A DNA stretch of 64,000 nucleotides from the human T2T-CHM13v2.0 reference genome, Homo sapiens. Location: assembly GCF_009914755.1 (NCBI RefSeq), contig NC_060938.1. The stretch is one strand, 5' to 3'. Shown here piece by piece: positions 25,086 through 39,622 of this stretch; the first letter of the stretch is position 1; each line of letters begins with the position of its first letter. Below the pieces are notes generated by a model that made no database searches, had not been told where the DNA came from, and saw only the letters and a list, made by a program, of their open reading frames with translations. The translations under genes were made by a program, and so were the position numbers.

Positions 25086-25320
25086 TGTATTTATTGAGAG
25101 TTTACCTTGTGCCTGGCATTGGATTTTGTAAACCCCATTACATTGACTCCTCAGAACAACGCTGAGTACAAGCCACTCTCCTTATCCCCATTTTATGGGT
25201 CAGGAAACTGAGGCTTAGAGGGTTCAGTGACTTGCCCCAGTACATCAGCCTGTAAATGACAGAGCCAGGATTCAAACGCAGGCAGTCTGAGTCAGAGCCC
25301 CTGCCCTTACCTCCTGTGAT
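25086..25320 (-). mobile_element. MIR
   Basis: Core CCCCATTTTAT..GGAAACTGAGGCTTAGAGGGTTCAGTGACTTGCCC. Confidence 0.88.
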
Positions 25321-26414
25321 CACTGCCCTGTCAACCCAGCCAGACCCAAGCCCTCTGCAGGAAGGAATGTGGAGATCAAAGGAGTGGGAAGGTTATAAAC
25401 AGTTTTTAAATCATCTGAGACGAATTCTTCCACATCTAGCTCAACACCAGGCAACAAGAGCATCAAGAAAGGCAACAGGAAAGAAAGATGATCTGCACTG
25501 GAGGCCCAGGAGGCTCTTCAGGGTCACAGCTAATCCACGCCCTGAGATTTCAAAACACAGAATGCACTGGGTCTCTAGCCTGCGTCAGATCCACATTTCT
25601 TGTGAGGATTGCCAAGCACTTTTTCCCCCAAATCGACACAGACATGGAGAAGATAGGAAAGCATTGTGGGTAACGTTCCCAGGACAGACCAGTGGCAGAG
25701 TCAGAGGGAAATGTCTACGTCTAATCTCCCAGCTGCCCTCTGACATCCCATATATATATATATATTTTTTAAGGGTCTTTCTTTAACACAGCACACATTT
25801 ACCTATTTGCAAAAGAAGGGAAACCCCCGCGTATGGAACCAGAAGAGGGTTTCTTGCAGAAGGTGCCCCAAGGTGTTGCAGTTTGATAACGCTCTCCTCA
25901 TATCTGTTAAAGAGCGCGGCAAATGTTATCTGGAAGCAGCCGGGACAAGAGCACCCCCAGTTCTGAGCACAGTAACTGGGCTACTCAGAAGTTCCACTGA
26001 ACGGCATGTCAGTGCCTTACCAATAGTCACACTGAGCTGCTTGCAAAGTAACTGCCACCACATTCCTTTCTTAAAGTGGCCTGATTCCAAAGAGCTTGCC
26101 TAGAGCAAGGGGCAGAAGAGCTGCCAAGTGCCTGCCATTTCCAGGAAGGCGCGTGTGCGGGGCCATGGTGGTGGACACATAAGCCAGCATAGGTCATTTG
26201 AAAGGTGCAGAGAAGTGAGTGGTCATTGCTAAAATAGTCTGCAAGCAACTCTAAAATGCTTGCCACATCTCGTTTCCTAGTACATGGTAGCAGTACTCCT
26301 TCGTTCAGCAAGGGCTGGAGCCAGTTTCCAGAAAGAGCCAGGGTAGCAGGCAGGGGATTTCATGGCAGAAATAGTAGACTAAGGTAACTTTGATCCGGGG
26401 ACGTGAACCAGGCA

Positions 26415-26640
26415 GTAGGGGGTAGTGGTTAGGTATATCTGGAGTTAGAATGCCTGGGGATGTCTCTGGACTTAGCCACTTAGTAGCTGGGAGCCCTAGG
26501 CCATTTACTTATAGTCCGTAAGCCTCTATTTCTTCATCTGTAAGATGAAGTTAGTAATAGTCATCACCTCACAGCACTGCTGTTTGGATCAAATGAGATA
26601 ATGTATTTAAAGTCCTTAATAGCGTGTCAGACACGGAGTA
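26415..26640 (+). mobile_element. MIR
   Basis: AGCCTCTATTTCTTCATCTGTAAGATG core. Confidence 0.75.
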
Positions 26641-26806
26641 TACAGGCTCTGAATCTGTGTGGTCTACAAACATTGCTCTAAGGTTGCTGCTGTTTCCACA
26701 GCTCAGAAGAACAAATTGTTAGCCCCTTTTGTGCCTCAGTTTCTCCAATTATAAAATAGCAACTACACCCCCCTCTACTTGTGGCACTTAAAAATGGGGA
26801 CATATA

Positions 26807-27080
26807 GGCTGGATGCAGTGGCTCCCAACACTTTGGGAAGCTAAAGCAGGAGGACCACTTGAACCCAGGAGTTTGAGACCAGCCTGGGAAACAGAGAGAC
26901 CCTGTCTCTATAAAAAATAAAAAATTAGCCAGGCATGGTGGCACACACCTATAGTCTCAGCTATTTGAGAGGCTGGGGTGGGAGGATCACTTGAGCCTGG
27001 GGCTGAGGCTGCAGTGAGCTGTGATCACACCACTGCACTCCAGCCTGGGTGACAGAATGAGACCCTGTCTCAAAAAAAAA
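26807..27080 (+). mobile_element. Alu (J-like)
   Basis: GGAGGATCACTTGAGCC J-type diagnostics; GACATATAG on both flanks. Confidence 0.92.
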
Positions 27081-28394
27081 GGGGGAGGGAAGACATATAG
27101 AAGTAGAAACTTTTTATCATCAGACATAGGCTATCCAGCGTTTACATGGGTACTGGCCATCTTGCCCTTTTTGGGCATCTGTGTAGATTCTGTAAATCCT
27201 GGATGACAGGTTTCTGATGAAAACAAATAGCCTATATTTTGTGCTTCTCAAGGCTTTTACAGGGCCAGGAGAAGACACGCAGAGGCAACCACATCTCTTC
27301 TGTGATGCCTGAGACACGTCTACAGAAGAGATGCTTGGGGCAGGATGCAGAGCAGTCACGCAGTTACTACTCAAGGTCTCTCATGTTGTTGCCCCCTCAT
27401 TTCCCTCCATAAAAAGGGGAAAAGATGTTTTTATACTTCACTGGGGAAAAAAAAACCCAAACCAATGTTTGAATGTTTGCCACCATTCTTCACAACAAGC
27501 AAAGCAGTAAATTCCTTACTCTCTCATTTTCACTTGGTCACAGCCCCATCGCAGCTCCCTTGTTTCCATCACAACCCTTAGTCTCCGGTAGTAGGAAAAA
27601 AGGCATGAGTGTGACATTTTGTCAAGGGTTAGGACAGGCTTTAGTCTTGCTCTGGTGGCTGCTTTCTTTGAATAAAGGCCATCGCTGTCAAGCCAACCTG
27701 AGGACCACGACTGGGAGAGAAGAGTGGGTGTGAACAGACGGGAATGCTGCCTGCTCACCTTGGCAACACCCCTTGCCAGGCTTGGAGCATAGCAATAGTC
27801 ACCGCCTGCTCTAAGCATTAGCCCATGTGCCTTGCCCTGAACCATTCTGTGCTCAATGCAGAATTTACCCATTCTCCTGACTGGACTCTCTAAGCACCAT
27901 CACCACCACCAGCCTCCCATCCCAGCACAGAGCTGTGCATTAGCCTATGTTCACACAGGACCATTGTTAATTTGGGATATTTCCTTTCAGCCACCCTAAT
28001 GTGTTTTATCAAATTGTTTTTAATTATAAAAGTGACATATGCCAGGTCTTTAGCAAATCCCAACAAAAAAAGGCTACAGTTGAGATCCAACAAGAGTGGA
28101 CCTACCCATCCTCAAAATGGTACACCCAGGCTGGGTAGAGAATCTTCACGAAGAATGTGATGGCCATGATCTCCAAGAGTGCTTAGCAGGAGTCATGGAG
28201 AAAAAAAAAATGAGAGCTAGAAAGCCCAGCCTGTCTTTATTATTATAGTTACCCTTGACTGCCAGCAAATGCACGTCCTCAGTTGTGAATTATCCACCTA
28301 TGTGTGAAGGGACCAGGTCCCAACACACAATAGGAATTTATATCCCCAACAACAGACATTTGTAGAATACCATCACCCCCAACAACGAAACAAC

Positions 28395-28600
28395 CATGTT
28401 TAGTGAGTACTTAGAACATGTGAGGCACCATGCTAAGTGCCTGACATACATACCTCCTTTCATCATCAGTGCTCTCCTGTGAGTGATTTTCACTTCTCCA
28501 TTTTATAAATGAAGAAACTGAAGCTCACAGAAGTTAAGCTACTTGCCCAAAGTCACACAACTGTGAGAAGCCTGATGCCGGTCTGACAGCAGAACTTTAG
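28395..28600 (-). mobile_element. MIR
   Basis: CCATTTTATAAATGAAGAAACTGAAGCTCACAGAAGTTAAG core. Confidence 0.8.
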
Positions 28601-31600
28601 GATGAATTGTCTCTAATGATAAATTTCAGCTTTGTTAATAACAGTCCAGCAATTCACATTAACATTTAGCAGGGCTTTAATTGAAAAGTAACATGAAGAA
28701 GAGGCTATGACTTCCCAAAAACACCTACTCTTTGCAAGTCAGATTTACTATTCTCCCCAACTCCCTATCCCATTTCTACTAAAAATAGCCCAACATTTCC
28801 AAAATACATCCAAATCACATTCCAGAGATTCCACCTGATCTCAGTGTTTGGAAAGATGTCTGCCTCCCATTCCCTTTGTGATCGCAGCATGCAACTTTGG
28901 AGATGGAGAAGAAGATGATCTTCCTAAAACTTCTGAGCATTTCATATTGTTAACCTGACCAGAAATAAGACCCAGAATCTCAAGTCTTTGAGCTCTTGCT
29001 CTCACTGCATACAATACTTCCTTGTTAAAGAGAGAGATGGACATGGAAAATAAGCAAAGCACTGAGAAATGAAAGATCCAAAGTAATCCATAACCAAACC
29101 AGGCTAGACCGGCTATACAGAATCAGCTCCTCCTATCCTCACTATCTGGGCATGGCAGAACTAGCCTGCTCCCTGTCATTATCTCTTTTATGCCCTACAC
29201 AGTTTGCTACACCCACTGCATGTGGACATCCTTATCAGAAAATAGCCACTTAGCAAGTTTTTTCCTTTGAACAGAAGTAGCCGCTTAGCCCGCCAAAAGA
29301 TTGGTAGTTCTGTGTGTGCCCATTGGTACAAACATTATAAACACAGATGTAAAGCTCATGAATACAGAACAGATACTGGCTGTGTGGCACAAGTGGCTGT
29401 GTGCCTTTGGAAACTATAAGCCTATTTACAAGTTATAATCTTAGCCCTTTGATGAAAATACCTGCCAGTCTCCTCATCTCCATCAATTAGAAAAAGAGAA
29501 CCAAACTGGAATATGAGTGATGAATTCATCCCACAAATATCTTCTGAGCACTGCGTTGAACTCTCAAACTTAAAGTTTTACCAGACTATAGGACTGTAGA
29601 GATGAAAAGCAAAAGGTTGTGACACCAGTATCAGGAGACAGCAGGATCACCCAACTTACAAAGCTGCCAAGCTATTCCAGCCTTTGACAATAGGAAATTA
29701 TCATGTTTTAGGGATTAGAAGTTTCCCTGTGTGTTTCCCCAACTTTGTGAAATGAGTTCTGCCATGGGCTCGCCTAGTCTCTTCATTGTTGAGTCAAATT
29801 ATTTTCGACTCTTTTAAAATGTTATCATTTTAATTTTTAATGTGTGTGTGTGTTATTTATGAAACACATTTCATGGTCAGGCATTTTGGGCCAATATTGA
29901 CTTTCCAAAAAAAACCCGCTCTACATTTTATGCATAAAGTAGGTAGAGTATGGAGTTCAGATGAAATTTGTAATGACTTCATGGTCCTTAAAAAACTGAA
30001 AATCACCAGTGTGAAGCACTGTTGCAACCACAGCCTAATGCACCCAGTGAAACACTAGAAGCTACATTCCTGTATCACCCCTGTGATCAGGATGAAAGCA
30101 GAGAACTGCTACTCCCGACTTGCGGTGAGTAACTTGATTATAACGCATCAGGATGACTGGAATTCCCTTCTCCCTACACACAGAAGCCCGATCTCAACAA
30201 CAGAACAAAGACTACACGGTAATTAAAAACTCTGCCCCAGAAGTAGAGTGGACTCATTCACCTTAAACCCTCTGAAAGGGTCAGAAAACATCAGGAGGGG
30301 TAGGAGGGGCAGGGGGGATTGTAAAGACCCCAAAGCTGGGTTATATATTATATAGGCTGCATATACAAGGCTAATAGGGCCTCATACTTTGCAGAATGTG
30401 CTCAGCTAAAGGGGCCAAGACAGCACACAGCTGCAGAAAGCCTGCACAGATATAGAGAGAGAGCACCTAGGTGCCTGAAAGGGCAGCAGAACGCATAGGT
30501 CGTCAGTATTTGTACCTGGATGACAGCATGAGGCAGATAAATGTACGCACCTGTGTTGTGGCAGCTGATTAATTCAATTAATATTTATTGAGCACCTGCA
30601 GGACTCATGGCAGCATACTGTGGGCAAGAAAGACAGTGTCTCCCGCCTTCAAGGAACTCATGATCTCATTACAGTAAGACAATGAGTTACTGTCACTGGG
30701 AGATGATATAACTGAGTATATTCAGGTACTGTCTGGATCATATACATTCATGTCTTGTTTAAATTGGGTCTAAATATATGTCAGAAAGGGCCTTTGTCCC
30801 ACTGATCCTTCACATTCTTGGATGCTAACAGTAGAAGTCAACTGAACTATCAGATTCCAATCTGCTCTACAGTTTAGCTGTTAAGGTGAGAGAGAACATC
30901 AGGAGCTCCTTCCACGGCCTCAGAGCAGAGGAGTGGTTCATGTGGGAAGGGAAGGTACCAGCAACACGGCATCAAGCTTGACAGTGGTCCACAGCCAGCC
31001 CACTAAGCTATCAGAAGCCAGTCGCCCACCCATACTGCCTCCATCCTCATGTTTCTCAACAGTCATAAAAGCCCCTTGTCTATGTGTAGCTCCACCTCGG
31101 GGTGTGATTTCCTCAGTTGTTCACTGGCATAGAAGCCTCAAGCCCAGTCGGCTCTTGGTCCAGGACCTAATCTTCAAAGCTCCAGAAAATTAAAACAGAA
31201 TTTCACTAGGAAACAGTGACCCCAAAGGCCAGCGAAGACAGCCCAACTTGGCTGTGGTCTTCTTTCCTAAAACACATCAAAGGCCAAAATCCTGGCCATG
31301 TGAGAACACGTGCTCCATCCACATGAAAAAGAATGGGCGGAACAAATCAGACAGCCCTCTTCCAAGTGTCGTATCATGTCTCAGGCTAAGAGGACCCCGA
31401 TGTGGGCATCTAGGGGAGAATTTTCCAACCTGTGTCCAGTGGGAATTGGAGGAGGGGGTAGACGTGTAGGGAAAAGCCTATTTATCTATCCTTCAGGTAC
31501 CTTCCCAGGTTGGTGCTAGCTCCTTTCAAGCTACATTGGCTTTGGATCAGAACGTCAACTCAGAAGAAGAAATCCAGGGCCTGGGAGCAACCACCACACT

Positions 31601-32989
31601 CCTAAGCCAGAACAGTGAGCAGGACTCCAGAAAGTCTGAGATGAGAGCACTGACTACCATGAGACACCAGCCAGCTGGTGGGAAGTGCTGACCTGTTATA
31701 TTCCCTTCCTTTTCCAGCCAGATTCTAAATAAACCACTTGAAACTCATTGCAGAGTTCATGCCTAACACAGCATGCCACCCTTTGCTGTCGTGTCAGCCA
31801 GCACAGAGCAGCTCTTGGGAAGCATGCCTTATTTCCTCAATGCTCCATGTGCCCCCCACCGCAAACCCCATCCGGAGTGAGACAAAGGGAGGCACTCCAC
31901 ACCTCCGCTTCCTCCACTGTCCGTGGCCAGGTGATCGCATGCATCCTTCACCTGTGAATGCCTTCATCCCTCTCATCTGTATCCTCATATTTATGCTGAT
32001 CAATCATACAAAGCTGCTTTTCACTGTCTCCTGAGAATAGGGGAGTCCATGGCCCTCTTTGATTATCTCTTCCAGCGACTCACCATCTTCACATTTAGAA
32101 GTTTTATGTTTCACTTTCATTCCTTCCCTGCCATTTAAATCTACTTTTTAAGAAACACCACCACATGATGGCTCCTCCCATTTTACCTTCCACAAAGGTA
32201 GAAATCTGTTTAGAGGCATACACTTAGGGAGGACACTCCTACTCTTTTTGCTTTCTGGTGTCATGATCCAAATCTCTTTTGCTTTTTATTGTGGAGACCA
32301 TTTTAAAAAATCACATTAATTTTCTTTGTTCTCGTTAACACCCACTCCAAATTCTCCTCATTTGTCTCTAATAGGAGCTCCTAAATGAGACTCAAGCCTG
32401 TGTAGAGAGCTGGCCAGATGTTCTGAGAGGATGACCTCATCGTTTCTCTCTTGCTGATGGTACCATTTTCAATATTGCTATTACATCACTTAGTCATTTT
32501 CAGCTCATGGTTGAAATAAGTAGTTGGTACTGAGGCACAATAAACCTCTGATATTCAATTTTCATCAATATTGTTGATAAGTTAATTATTGTGCATATTA
32601 CATCGCTGAATTACAAAACTGCAAGATAGCTCCACAAGTTAACTAATTTATCACTCATTCACCCACTAACACACAGAGAGTCCAATAGCTTTTACCTTAT
32701 TTACTACTTTCCAATTTATGCTCCATCAAGGTAGCTTTTGGTTTAATTATAGCTTATAGGGGAATTCCAACATTTTCAAAAATACTTTATGAAATTAGAA
32801 AAATAGAAAGATAAATAAGGGCTAGTTGTTTAATAGCCACATAATACTCTTGACTTATGTAATCATATTTATATTAATAAAAATCAATTGACTTTTAATG
32901 AGCACCTATGTGCATGTCCTACACTAAGCATTAAGGAGGATACATCCCCTACACTCACAGAGCTTTGAGTCTAAGTTCAGAGACATCAT

Positions 32990-33281
32990 ATGGATCATAA
33001 TCCCTTATTTGCAACTATTCTCCCCAAAAGCTCTGAAAGAAGATTTTTTTAAATAATTAATTTGGCAGTAAAATATGCCCTGAATAGGTTAAGTAGGTTA
33101 AGTTATAGCCTTTATTTATCCTCCTTTGTGTAAATATTCATTAGTTTTGCTGCAAAAATAATAACATGTTTGATTATGGGATGCTGTCCCAAACACCATA
33201 TAATGTTTCCAAATTTAAAACGTTCTGAATTTGAAAACACATATCCTCAATTGGCTTCAAACAAGAAACCACGGACCTGAA
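32990..33281. mobile_element. Tigger-like DNA transposon relic
   Basis: CATAATCCCTTAT...GATTATGGGATGCTG...GGACCTG resembles Tigger-derived MERs; subfamily not assigned. Confidence 0.4.
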
Positions 33282-33994
33282 AATGAGATGAAAAGGGAAA
33301 TGGCACAAGCCAAAGTTTCCCCACTGCCTGAGTGGGGGACTAGACGAGAGGTGGGTTAGCCCTGTTACTCTATTAGTTCTCAACACTATGTCTAAAAAAC
33401 TACTTTATAGGTAGCAAATGTGTCACAGCAATGTTTATATTAACCTAGTCCCTTCAAGAAAAGATAGGGACAATGGCAAAAATATAATTGGATATTCTGG
33501 CCCTGTTTTACTAAACCTTGGACACTTCATCCTAACTCAACTCAGACAAAACAATATTTGTGCATCTCCTCTTTTAGAGCAAAATTTTACATTTTCACCT
33601 GCTGAATAGAATCTTCCTCATTTCAGGTCATTTCTCCAACTCCAATGTCAGGGATTCCCATCTCACTCACTGAGATGAGGGCCATTCCTAGTATGAAGTC
33701 ACCTTCAGAGTAAAGTAAGGACATTTTTTGTTTTAATCCACCAAAAGTCACCTTTGTTGTCACTATAATCAGGAGGCTGTAAGAGGGGCTATGTGGCTAC
33801 TAACACTCTACTCAACTTAACTACAGCAAGGAGTACCTGAGTGCTCTCATCTGCAGACCCTTGGTCTAGAGTATTAACCCATCTTATGCCGCATGGGCTG
33901 TACTCTTCAAAGACAAAGTTCAACATATCCTGGGGCCTTTGGAGCACTCATTCCACCTGTGGCAGAGCTTAAAGCTGCAGGATTATTACTATAG

Positions 33995-34163
33995 ACCAGG
34001 AGGGGTCAAAGGATAGCCCCCAGTATGTTTTGCACGGCTACGATCCACATTTTTAAGGACTGTAAAACAAACTAGAATATGTGACAGAGACTATCATATG
34101 CAGCCACAAAGCTGAAAATAGAAACTGCCTAGCCCTTTATAGAAAAAGCTTTCTGACTTCTGC
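33995..34163 (+). mobile_element. hAT-Charlie-like (MER58/MER20-type) relic
   Basis: Terminal motif GCCCTTTATAGAAAAAGCTTTCTGACTTCTG. Confidence 0.55.
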
Positions 34164-35199
34164 TTTTTACCTGTGAAGAGGACAAGAAGGACTGACTGTT
34201 CATATGCCTACTAAGCATCGGATGCCTTACTCAGTGCATCACCATTGGGACACAGGACAGGGGACGTCAGGTGGGTGAATGAGTGGCCTCCAAAGGAGTG
34301 GTAGGATAAGGGCCTCCCCAGAGGCTGTCCACACACACCTGTGGATGGCTTCTTCAGAATCCCACCATGGGACTCTCCAGAAGGATTTCAGAACCACTGT
34401 AGTTGATTCAACCTCAGACTTGATTTTTCAAAAAGCCCACGTTTTCTGATAGTTCCTCCCATTACATCCAGACAGACATATTGGCCAACATCCTCAAGTT
34501 TCCAGCCCCTCACAAGGGCCCCCTCACAAACCCTGGCTTCTTTCAGAGCCCAGACCTGTGCTGTCATCATGGCCTGGGCTAAGGCACGAGTCCCCTGCCT
34601 CTTGTCCGCCCAACAATGAAGAGTTCAATTCTTGGGAGAAGTGAAATAAGTAGAATGCCAACAATTCCTATTTTCTTCCCATGATTTGGGTTACTTGTCA
34701 TCGTGAAAATGGTGCAGTAAGTGATGTGATTTATGGTGACTCCAGCCTTCCTTTCTTCGTGATCTCCATTCCCAATGATTCCACAATTCTTCCTCTCTCT
34801 TCCCCTTCCTTTTCATTCTGTCAAACTCTGTTCTTCTGAAGTATAGTGACAGCCAGAGTTTGATGTACTCCCATTCTCATTCAACAGGGTGACAACTGAA
34901 GGACCAGCTCATTGCATGCAGTCTTTCAGACATTAGAGAAATAGAAGGACTAAGCTGGCCCCAATCCAGGTCTTCTTTCTGTCTATGTACATGTCACATT
35001 CTTTATGAACCTGACACAACTTCCCAGGTAACAGCCCAGATTATACAGAAATGTCCAGAGAGACCCACTGCTTGCCCTGTTAGCCACTTTTAGATTCTTT
35101 TTACTTTCCAAGGACAGAGAACACTACAGACCCAGTGAGCAACACAAAGAAAAAAACAGATGCATAGTTTTAAAATGTTCAATTATGTTATTTCCGCTA

Positions 35200-35445
35200 G
35201 TGGAAACGCAGTACAAGGATTAAGAGGCAGGGCTATGAGCAGATTTCCTGTGTCATGGGTTCAAATTCCAGCTCTGCCACTTACTGGCTGTGTAATCTTG
35301 GACAAAATAGCCTCTCTGTGCCTTTATTTCTTCACCTATAAAACAAGGATACTAACATTATCTACTTTATGGAGTTGTTGTGAATATTAAAGACTTCATA
35401 TATGGAAAATACCCAGAATAATGCCTAGCACCCAGAAAGAGTTAA
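35200..35445 (+). mobile_element. MIR
   Basis: GGGTTCAAATTCCAGCTCTGCCACTTACTGGCTGTGT core. Confidence 0.85.
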
Positions 35446-35448
35446 TAT

Positions 35449-35529
35449 CAGTAGCAGTAGCAGTAGCAGTAGTAGTAGTAGTAGTAGCAGTAGCAGCAGC
35501 AGCAGCAGTAGTAGTACTAGCAGCAGTAC
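35449..35529 (+). repeat. Compound (CAG/TAG)n trinucleotide repeat
   Basis: About 26 interspersed CAG/TAG triplets at the tail of a MIR. Confidence 0.9.
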
Positions 35530-35639
35530 GAGTTTGTCCTTCAATCCCATTATTTGGGCTCATTCACTCTTTCCCTTAAAAGGCATGTTGTGTGCCAGGC
35601 CCTTTGCTAGGCATGAGGGTTACGAAGATGATATAAACC

Positions 35640-36048
35640 TGCTGGATAAAGAAAATGTGGTACATATACACCATGGAATACTATGCAGCCATAAAAAGGA
35701 ATGAGATCATGTCCTTTGCAGGGACATAGATGGAGCTGGAGCCACTATCCTCAGCAAACTAACGCAGGAATAGAAAACCAAACACCGCATGTTAGCACTT
35801 GTAAGTGGGAGCTGAACAATGAGAATATATGGACACAAGGAAGGGAACAACACGCACTAGGGCCTGTTGTGGGGGGTGGAGGGGGGAGGGAGAGCTAAAG
35901 GAAAAATAGCTAATGCGTGCTGGGTTTAATACCTAGGTGATGGGTTGATTGATATGTGCAGAAAACCACCAGGGCACACACTTACCTATGTAACAAACCT
36001 ACACATCTGGCACATGTACCCCGGAACTTAAAATAAAAATATTTAAAA
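35640..36048 (+). mobile_element. L1PA 3' end fragment
   Basis: TGGATAAAGAAAATGTGGTACATATACACCATGGAATACTATGCAGCC...GGAACTTAAAATAAAA, typical primate L1 3'UTR. Confidence 0.92.
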
Positions 36049-36099
36049 AGCCCCCAGTAGCTTGCAGTTGAGTATTTGAAAAGTTGTAAAAACAGGCTA

Positions 36100-37800
36100 G
36101 GTGACAACGAGGAAAGGGAAGTACCTGGGGTTTCATGGGAGCAGAGTAGACACACAGAAGGCCTTCTGCAAGGGTGGACGATGAGTGGGGATCAGAGCTG
36201 AGCCTTTGGGAGGAACAGGAGTTATCCAGGCACACTTGGGGGTGATGGAGAAGTGGAGCCAGGCACAACAGGGAAGTAAGAGGAAAGCATATGTGGAGGC
36301 ATGGAAGGATGGAAGAAACAGCCTGGAGATCCTGGGAAACTGCTACCAGTTCAGAGAGGGGTGAGAGATAAGGCTGGGGGCCAGACAAGGGGAACCTGAG
36401 CAGTGGGGAGTCAGTGAAGGGTGCTAAATGGAACAGCATGGCTAGGCTTGCCTTCTAGAAAGATCCCTTTGGCAGGCATATGGAGTGATGGATTCAAAGG
36501 GGAAGGGACAAGATTACAGGCAGGGAACTGATTAGGATGTCACTGCAGTAACTGAGACAAGAGATGGTGTGGGCAAGACTCAGGACTTTGGTAGCCAAGA
36601 TGGTGGGGAGCAATCAGCTTACAAAACTATGTAGGATACTGGTAGGTGAATGGAAATAGCAAGTGAGAGAAAGGGAAGAGCCAAGAATGATTTCTCAAGT
36701 GGATGATGGTCCTATCAACCAAGGTAGTGATTACAAGACAAGGAGGAAGTTTAGCGGGGATAAAGGATGAGTTCAATGGGTCAGAATTTCATAGCAAGCC
36801 CTTACCCTGTGCTCACCATAATGTTAGGTGTTGGGATGCAATAATGAAGCAAAATAGACAGGCTTTCTGCTCTCGTGGTACTTTCAGTCCAGCAAGGAAG
36901 ACAAATAGCCAGTGAATTATTACAAATAATTATAATTTACACATTGCAGAGTGCTGCCGAGGAGACGTATAGGTACTAGGCAAGCATTAACAGGGAGGTT
37001 TTCACTAGCTTGGGGGATGTGGGGAGGCTTCCCTGAGGAAGTAGCCTTTAAATGGATACCTATGGGACAAATAAGAGACAGGCAATGGGACAAATAAGAG
37101 ACAGGCAAAGAATGGGGAAAGAGCATGTGCAAAGCCAACAGTAAAAGTCCTGGACATCCCATGGGATATCTGGGTGGAAATGCTTAACCTGAGGCTGGGT
37201 ACCCAAGTCCTGAACCTGTGGAAATGAATGGCTGGAGACCAGAGAAATTTAGAGTCATTATCAGTAAATAGGTGGTAGCAGGAACACCAAAAGGGGCCAA
37301 GATTGTCCCCAAAGAGGGTTTAGGCTGCCCAGAATAGGAGCTGAGGGTGAACCCTGGAGAACCTCTTCCTCAGGATATGCCCAGGAAGCCATCAAAGAAC
37401 AAAGCAATTTAGGAGATAACCATATCAGGAAGCCTCAGGGGAGGAAATTTCCAGAAGCAAGGAGCAAACAACACTGTCCCATATCCCAGAGAGCCTTAGT
37501 GATTCACAGCTGGTGACCACAGGGAGAACAGTTTCAGTAGGGCACGGGGACAAGAACCCATGGCAGCAGGGAGTGGAATAAATCAGAGTACAACGAAGAA
37601 TGTAGCCCATTCCTTCAAAATGTTTGATGGGAGAGGGTATGGGGCTTTGAGGGGGAGCAGACAGGCATGCAGGGCCAAGGGACAGTTGTATTCAATGGGA
37701 AAGACCTGAACTTATCTATAGGCAAGAGTGAAACAGCAAGAGAGAGGGAAGGATTGAAGATGCAGATGTTCTGTGCAGCCCTGAAGTGTTTGGGAACATT
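36100..37800 (-). mobile_element. L2 relic(s)
   Basis: Purine-rich reverse L2-like sequence (GGAGGCTTCCCTGAGGAAG, AGCATGTGCAAAG). Confidence 0.55.
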
Positions 37801-37916
37801 TCTTGTGTCTACTGGCCTAGGATCTCACACATATCAGGAGCTTAGTAAAATTTAACACTTATCATTGGTATGACTCAAGAGACATTTATTAAAAATTTTT
37901 TTAGATACTTATCACT

Positions 37917-38240
<324 letters not shown>

Positions 38241-38269
38241 CCTTATCACCGGGCAAAAACAGTCAATAG

Positions 38270-38585
<316 letters not shown>

Positions 38586-39508
38586 AGTTTTCCGGAATCT
38601 TGATTGGAGACAGCTCTGTCTCCACTAGATGGTCCAAATCTGGACTCTCTATATTAGTTCTGCCTCAGCTAGTCGTGTAGGATTTCCATTTGCTGGGCCA
38701 AGCTGGGCCCAGAAAACCACATGGGTGAGGGGAAGGCTCCTCGGATTACACCCCATCCCATCCTCCAGGATGCCGGCAGGCCAAGGCCTCCAAGGCCTTG
38801 CCCGTCATTGAGGGGAAAACTGAGAAACTTGGTATTATTTCCTGGTGAACAAAGTAGTAGTGCTACCTCACCCCAGAAACTCCCCTACAAATGAGTTCTC
38901 TGTGCACAGAGAGGCTGGCTGGGAAGGGCTGCTGATGCCCCTCCAATGGGCCAGGCTCCATGATCACCCCTTTCAGGAAGTGGCGCCTGAATGAGATCAT
39001 CCTTGGGGCCCTTGCCCTTAATTTACGGCAACTCGCCGGAAAACAAGTGCCTTTCACAACCACTCTGTGGTCAAATGACAGCAGAGACACCTGGAACCAC
39101 TTGGCTCTCTGGAAGAGAAGGGTGCCCAATGCGCCAGTTACCAGGCAAAGGGCCTCCCAACCAGTGAGGAGTGACAGACAAAATAAAAAAGCAGCAAAGC
39201 TAAGAAAAGCAAAAACAGAACGAAAGGGAAGGAAAGACAGTCAACAAGGTGTCCATGTGAAGACAAAATGTCTAGCAAGAACTATTCCTCTCGCAACAGG
39301 GTGGATCAGCAGAGGACACCAGCCTAGAGATCTATTCCCAGAGTAGAATGCACTCAAAACACCATTCTTTATGAAATAGGAAAATGACACTCTAAGAAGT
39401 TATTCTTTATGGCTTGGGGAAATGAAAAAAGAGAAACCGTATTAGATAAAATATTTCCATCACAAGACACCAAATATTCATCATCCCTTGTGTTCTAACA
39501 TGACTTAA

Positions 39509-39622
39509 TTTTTTTATTATTATTATTATTTTTAAATCTTTTCATAAGACAGGGTCTTGCTACGTTGACCAGGCTGGTCTCGAACTCCTAGGCTCAAGCA
39601 AACCTCCCACCTTGGCCTCCTG
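39509..39622 (-). mobile_element. Alu monomer (FLAM-like)
   Basis: Single monomer with TTA/T tail. Confidence 0.8.
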
